38,567 nt of DNA from a virus. A program made the translations under genes and the position numbers. Numbering within the stretch: position 1 is the first letter of the stretch; each line of letters starts with the position of its first letter. Below are positions 35,245 through 38,567 of the stretch, in pieces. The notes beneath the pieces were generated by a model. It saw nothing but the letters and a program-made list of their open reading frames with translations, ran no database searches and had not been told where the DNA came from. Location: the UHGV virus genome UHGV-0466844. One strand, 5' to 3'.

Positions 35245-35832
35245 TTATGCAAACATGTCGTCGTCACTGCCGTCCTCTTCTTCTTCATCCCAGTCAAGAT
35301 CACCGAAATCAGATTCAGCATTGGCACGTCCGCCAAGGAAGTCACCTTTTCCTGTTGTCAAAATGTTATTCAGACCAGCAGTTACGCCTTTATTTCCTGC
35401 TGTGTTATAAGCGTAAAAGTTAATTGACGCAATCGCATAAACGCCAGAGTAAACATCGTCCGCATCATCTGTTTTAACAAGCATGCCATCTTCACGCTTC
35501 ACTACTTGGGGTTTCGTTTTAGAAGAGACGTTGATAAACATCGCATTTTCAAATTCAGGGCGCTCTTCTGTATCCATTTCTTCATCACCATCACGCAGAG
35601 ACGTTTTCAAACGATCAAATTTAACACCTTTCAACTTGTCTGATTTCCCTGCTTCATAAGCTGCTTTAATTGCGCTGTTCATTGCTTTTAGAGTTTCCTT
35701 GTCATCCTTCGAAATAATTAGCATTGTAGAATATTTTGCCTCTTGTCCTTCAAATGCATGAGGTTCCAACACGTGGACAAAGCTCAACCGTACTTTATTT
35801 GTAATTACTTTCGTTCCATTCACTTTTGCCAT
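35245..35832 (-). CDS. Phage single-stranded DNA-binding protein (DUF2815 / gp2.5-like) with an acidic C-terminal tail ending in F
   Basis: N-terminal [13 protein letters not shown] motif. C-terminus [16 protein letters not shown]. Confidence 0.65.
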   Translation of the reverse strand: MAKVNGTKVITNKVRLSFVHVLEPHAFEGQEAKYSTMLIISKDDKETLKAMNSAIKAAYEAGKSDKLKGVKFDRLKTSLRDGDEEMDTEERPEFENAMFINVSSKTKPQVVKREDGMLVKTDDADDVYSGVYAIASINFYAYNTAGNKGVTAGLNNILTTGKGDFLGGRANAESDFGDLDWDEEEEDGSDDDMFA

Positions 35833-35856
35833 TTTAATTTCCTCTTTTCGTTTTTT

Positions 35857-36189
35857 TTAGTTAAACAAATCATCTTCGATGTCGTTTACTTCCGGTTCAT
35901 TCTTTTCTAGGTGCTCATGGATACTGCGCAGAATAGATTCCCGTGCAGATTCCATCGACTTCAAATAACTTTTCACATCATGGGTCGTTGATTCATCCAG
36001 CAGATAAGCATTTCGTACAACACTACCCAAACAATGTTCGATAGTGGGATAATACCCGACAAATTGATACACCATTTTTCCTTCACTGTTACTTCGCAAT
36101 ACGTGCAATTCTAAGTTTCTGGGATCGGACCGGATGATCTGATACCCTTCTCCTTGAAAAACAATGGCCTTTTCCTGTTTTTTCGGCAT
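35857..36189 (-). CDS. Hypothetical protein (110 aa)
   Basis: ORF in the replication operon. Confidence 0.45.
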   Translation of the reverse strand: MPKKQEKAIVFQGEGYQIIRSDPRNLELHVLRSNSEGKMVYQFVGYYPTIEHCLGSVVRNAYLLDESTTHDVKSYLKSMESARESILRSIHEHLEKNEPEVNDIEDDLFN

Positions 36190-36191
36190 TG

Positions 36192-37364
36192 TCAGCCCAC
36201 TCCTTCGAAATCATTTAGCGCATCTTCCATGCTACTAAGCGCTGGCCGCTTGTCCTTTTCAGTAACAAGCACGGGCTTGCCTTCTGGCTTCACGATAAAA
36301 TCGCTGGCCAGTTCTGCAAATTTCTTTTTACCAACAACTTTTTCTAACTGCCCAATTGCTTGTAAGGCACGAGGTTTAAGAATTTCATCATCATCAAAAC
36401 CTTCTGCCTCCAATAGGAAGAGCAAGGATTCTTCATCACTGATTTTTCGATTACTTCGCCCAGCGACAACTTTCCATCCCGGAAACTCCTCGCCTTCTGT
36501 CAACGCTTTATTCAGTGCGTACTCTTCAACATGATCTAACCACTTTTTAATTTCAGGTGCCCGATCAAGAATTTCAGCAATCTCTTCGTTTGTCAGAAGA
36601 GGTGATTCCTTTAATTCGTATTTATCGACTAACGAAAAGTTCCTTTCCGCCCTTAACCGCAGTTGCGCTCGAACCTTGGAGAATTTAACCACATCATCAG
36701 TGATTGTCCATTCTCCTGTACCTTCCCAGGCTTGTGCTGCCCGTGGCGCTACATAGTTGTCAGCCCAGTAAAGTAACTCTTCTTTATCAATCTCAAAGGT
36801 TGAAACATTATCCAAACGAGGCTGAACAATTGTCATACGCACCGTTTCAAACTCATAAATGATGTCGTATTTGTCTACCGCCCCAAGCGCATAGAGCATT
36901 AACTGCGGGTTGAGATACGCGTCAACAGGAACACCTTTGCCGTACTTCAAGTCAATGATCTCGATCGTATTGTCTGCCAACACGACCACATCCGAGGTGC
37001 CAAATCCTTCGGGTACCCATTTTGTGAAATCAACTTTTTGTTCAAGTTCGATCACAGCATCTTGATAATGGTTAACACGTTCTTCAACCAAGTCACAGTA
37101 AGCTTCAACATAATCTTCCATGGATTGATCATAGTAGCTGTTTTCAGATCGAAACTTTTTCAATTTGGTATTCACTGAACGAGTAGCCATCAACTTGAAT
37201 CTTTTTGCCAAAGCTAACTCTGCCAGTTCATGGGCGGCAGTCCCTTCTTCGGCAAATGAACTGCCTCGATCTTTGAACTGTTCTTCTAATCGTGCGATAG
37301 GTGGACAAATCAGCCACCTATGTGCACTACTAGCCCCTAAAAGGGCATGACTTCCCACTGGCAT
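36192..37364 (-). CDS. PD-(D/E)XK-family nuclease (DUF2800-like), putative recombination exonuclease
   Basis: N-terminus LLGASSAHRWLICPP resembles DUF2800/Cas4-like phage nucleases. Commonly clustered with a DUF2815 SSB and polA. Confidence 0.65.
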   Translation of the reverse strand: MPVGSHALLGASSAHRWLICPPIARLEEQFKDRGSSFAEEGTAAHELAELALAKRFKLMATRSVNTKLKKFRSENSYYDQSMEDYVEAYCDLVEERVNHYQDAVIELEQKVDFTKWVPEGFGTSDVVVLADNTIEIIDLKYGKGVPVDAYLNPQLMLYALGAVDKYDIIYEFETVRMTIVQPRLDNVSTFEIDKEELLYWADNYVAPRAAQAWEGTGEWTITDDVVKFSKVRAQLRLRAERNFSLVDKYELKESPLLTNEEIAEILDRAPEIKKWLDHVEEYALNKALTEGEEFPGWKVVAGRSNRKISDEESLLFLLEAEGFDDDEILKPRALQAIGQLEKVVGKKKFAELASDFIVKPEGKPVLVTEKDKRPALSSMEDALNDFEGVG

Positions 37365-37366
37365 AC

Positions 37367-37834
37367 TTATTCACCCACCAATGCTTCAAGATCAGTAATG
37401 AAAGCAGAATAGTCTTCTTCTTTCAGATCAGACAACTTACTCGCATTAAAGCGTTCAAAAGCTGTCAAAATGGCATCCCGTTTCTTTTTGGCTATAGCAT
37501 TTTTCATTGCTGCTTGTACATCTGCTTTTGTCGCACCAGGATGTTGTCCGGCTGTGATCGATTTTTCAGGTTCTTCTTGTCCCACTTTTTCAGTAGGCTC
37601 TTGAACTTCCCCAGTTGTGGATGGTTCGGTGTCTGAGGTCGAGTCCGTAGAGACCTCTTGCTTTTTTTCTACGGGTTTCTTTTCCTCTTTTTTTGCTTTT
37701 GAAGCTTTCTTTTTAGGCTGTTTTTCTTCAATTTCTGATGCGATTAATTGAATAGGATTGCCCACATACGAACGAATCTTTTCGTGTAACTCCTCAACTG
37801 ACTCTGCGCTAAATGATACTTTGATTGATGACAT
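37367..37834 (-). CDS. Hypothetical acidic/lysine-rich protein (155 aa)
   Basis: ORF with a low-complexity KKxxEEKK region. Confidence 0.45.
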   Translation of the reverse strand: MSSIKVSFSAESVEELHEKIRSYVGNPIQLIASEIEEKQPKKKASKAKKEEKKPVEKKQEVSTDSTSDTEPSTTGEVQEPTEKVGQEEPEKSITAGQHPGATKADVQAAMKNAIAKKKRDAILTAFERFNASKLSDLKEEDYSAFITDLEALVGE

Positions 37835-37858
37835 AATTTAGTTCCTCCTAGTATTTTT

Positions 37859-38458
37859 TTAGTGTGTTCTAACTGGCGCGATAAGACCTTGAAACAGTCC
37901 TTCAACCTTAAAAATCATTGGTTTTAAAGAACCAGATACAAGCAACTCCGTGACGCCGATACTACAATCTGCAATGAACGCCATAACATAACTCAGATAC
38001 GTACAGTTAAACGTCAGGCTAATACCATCACTGTCTCCGGTTACGTAATCCGCAAGTCGGAAATCAGAACTGATCACTGTGTTACTAATGTGAAAGCTTT
38101 TATCCTGAACGGATACATTAACCAAACTATTCTTTTCAAATCCTTTTAAGAATTTAGCAATCTTCGCAGCCTCTTCTGGTGCTAATAACCACGTAGCCTC
38201 GATGTTCGAAGGGAATAACCGAGATACCTCAGGATAAGTCCCTTGTATTTCTCGCATTTCTTTCGGATGTAAAACCATATCTGGTAATGGATCTACCCTT
38301 AAATCGATTGCACTCACCAACCGTAATAAGATGTGCCCGTTTGTTGCTTCAATATCTCCATCTTGCGTATAGTGGAAACCTTTTAGAATAGGACGTGATG
38401 GCGAATTTGCAACGAAGTTTAGTAAATGACGATAGGTGTTTTGAGGTTTTAATTTCAT
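37859..38458 (-). CDS. Hypothetical protein (199 aa)
   Basis: ORF with no confident motif; a weak resemblance to clamp-like folds is not reliable. Confidence 0.45.
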   Translation of the reverse strand: MKLKPQNTYRHLLNFVANSPSRPILKGFHYTQDGDIEATNGHILLRLVSAIDLRVDPLPDMVLHPKEMREIQGTYPEVSRLFPSNIEATWLLAPEEAAKIAKFLKGFEKNSLVNVSVQDKSFHISNTVISSDFRLADYVTGDSDGISLTFNCTYLSYVMAFIADCSIGVTELLVSGSLKPMIFKVEGLFQGLIAPVRTH

Positions 38459-38483
38459 TGTGTTATACTCTCCTTGAATGAAT

Positions 38484-38567
38484 TTAATTATTTACTGTTT
38501 GGCTTACACTAGCGGGAACTGGTGTAGGCTCTTTTTGTACTTCCGCAATTTTGTTTCCATCTGCTGA
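38484..38567 (-). CDS. 3' end of an upstream early/replication gene (partial; ...SADGNKIAEVQKEPTPVPASVSQTVNN*)
   Basis: Hand-translated open frame from the window edge to TAA at 38484-38486. Confidence 0.35.
   Translation of the reverse strand, partial: SADGNKIAEVQKEPTPVPASVSQTVNN

Noticed and set aside
1-38567. Looked for tRNA genes, CRISPR repeats, IS/transposase ORFs and host housekeeping genes
   Set aside because: None found. All large ORFs have phage functions, and no DDE/transposase-like or tRNA-like structure is evident by eye.

Overview
The window is almost entirely one temperate siphovirus-like phage genome from a low-GC Gram-positive host. Enterococcus or Lactobacillus is my guess from composition and protein families only. 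No host genes, tRNA or CRISPR are visible. Most genes are on the minus strand, in the order: replication module (38.5 to 26.5 kb), ArpU-like late regulator, small and large terminase, portal, head morphogenesis protein, scaffold, capsid, connectors, tail, tape measure, Dit, a long Tal/fiber protein and a lysis cassette (XhlA, holin, GH25 endolysin) ending at 5.1 kb. The region between lysis and integrase (4.5-5.1 kb) carries a two-gene plus-strand cassette of small membrane proteins. A plus-strand lysogeny block (cI-like repressor, small zinc-ribbon protein, large serine integrase starting at TTG) sits directly next to the lysis cassette. A divergent cro-like gene at 1.8-2.0 kb starts a leftward early operon, interrupted at 1002..1202 by the first of the two plus-strand orphan ORFs described below, that runs off the window start and would rejoin the replication genes at the window end. 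This order matches a circularly permuted phage genome in the attP configuration, not a prophage with host junctions. Non-standard elements: two plus-strand orphan ORFs inside minus-strand operons that share an identical 16-nt extended -10 promoter; a lipoprotein inside the replication module; an iteron-rich putative origin next to the primase; paired operator palindromes on both sides of cro; inverted repeats just upstream of the serine integrase as an attP candidate. Coordinates of small elements were indexed by hand and may be off by 1-2 nt. All functional calls come from motif recognition by eye, not from database searches.
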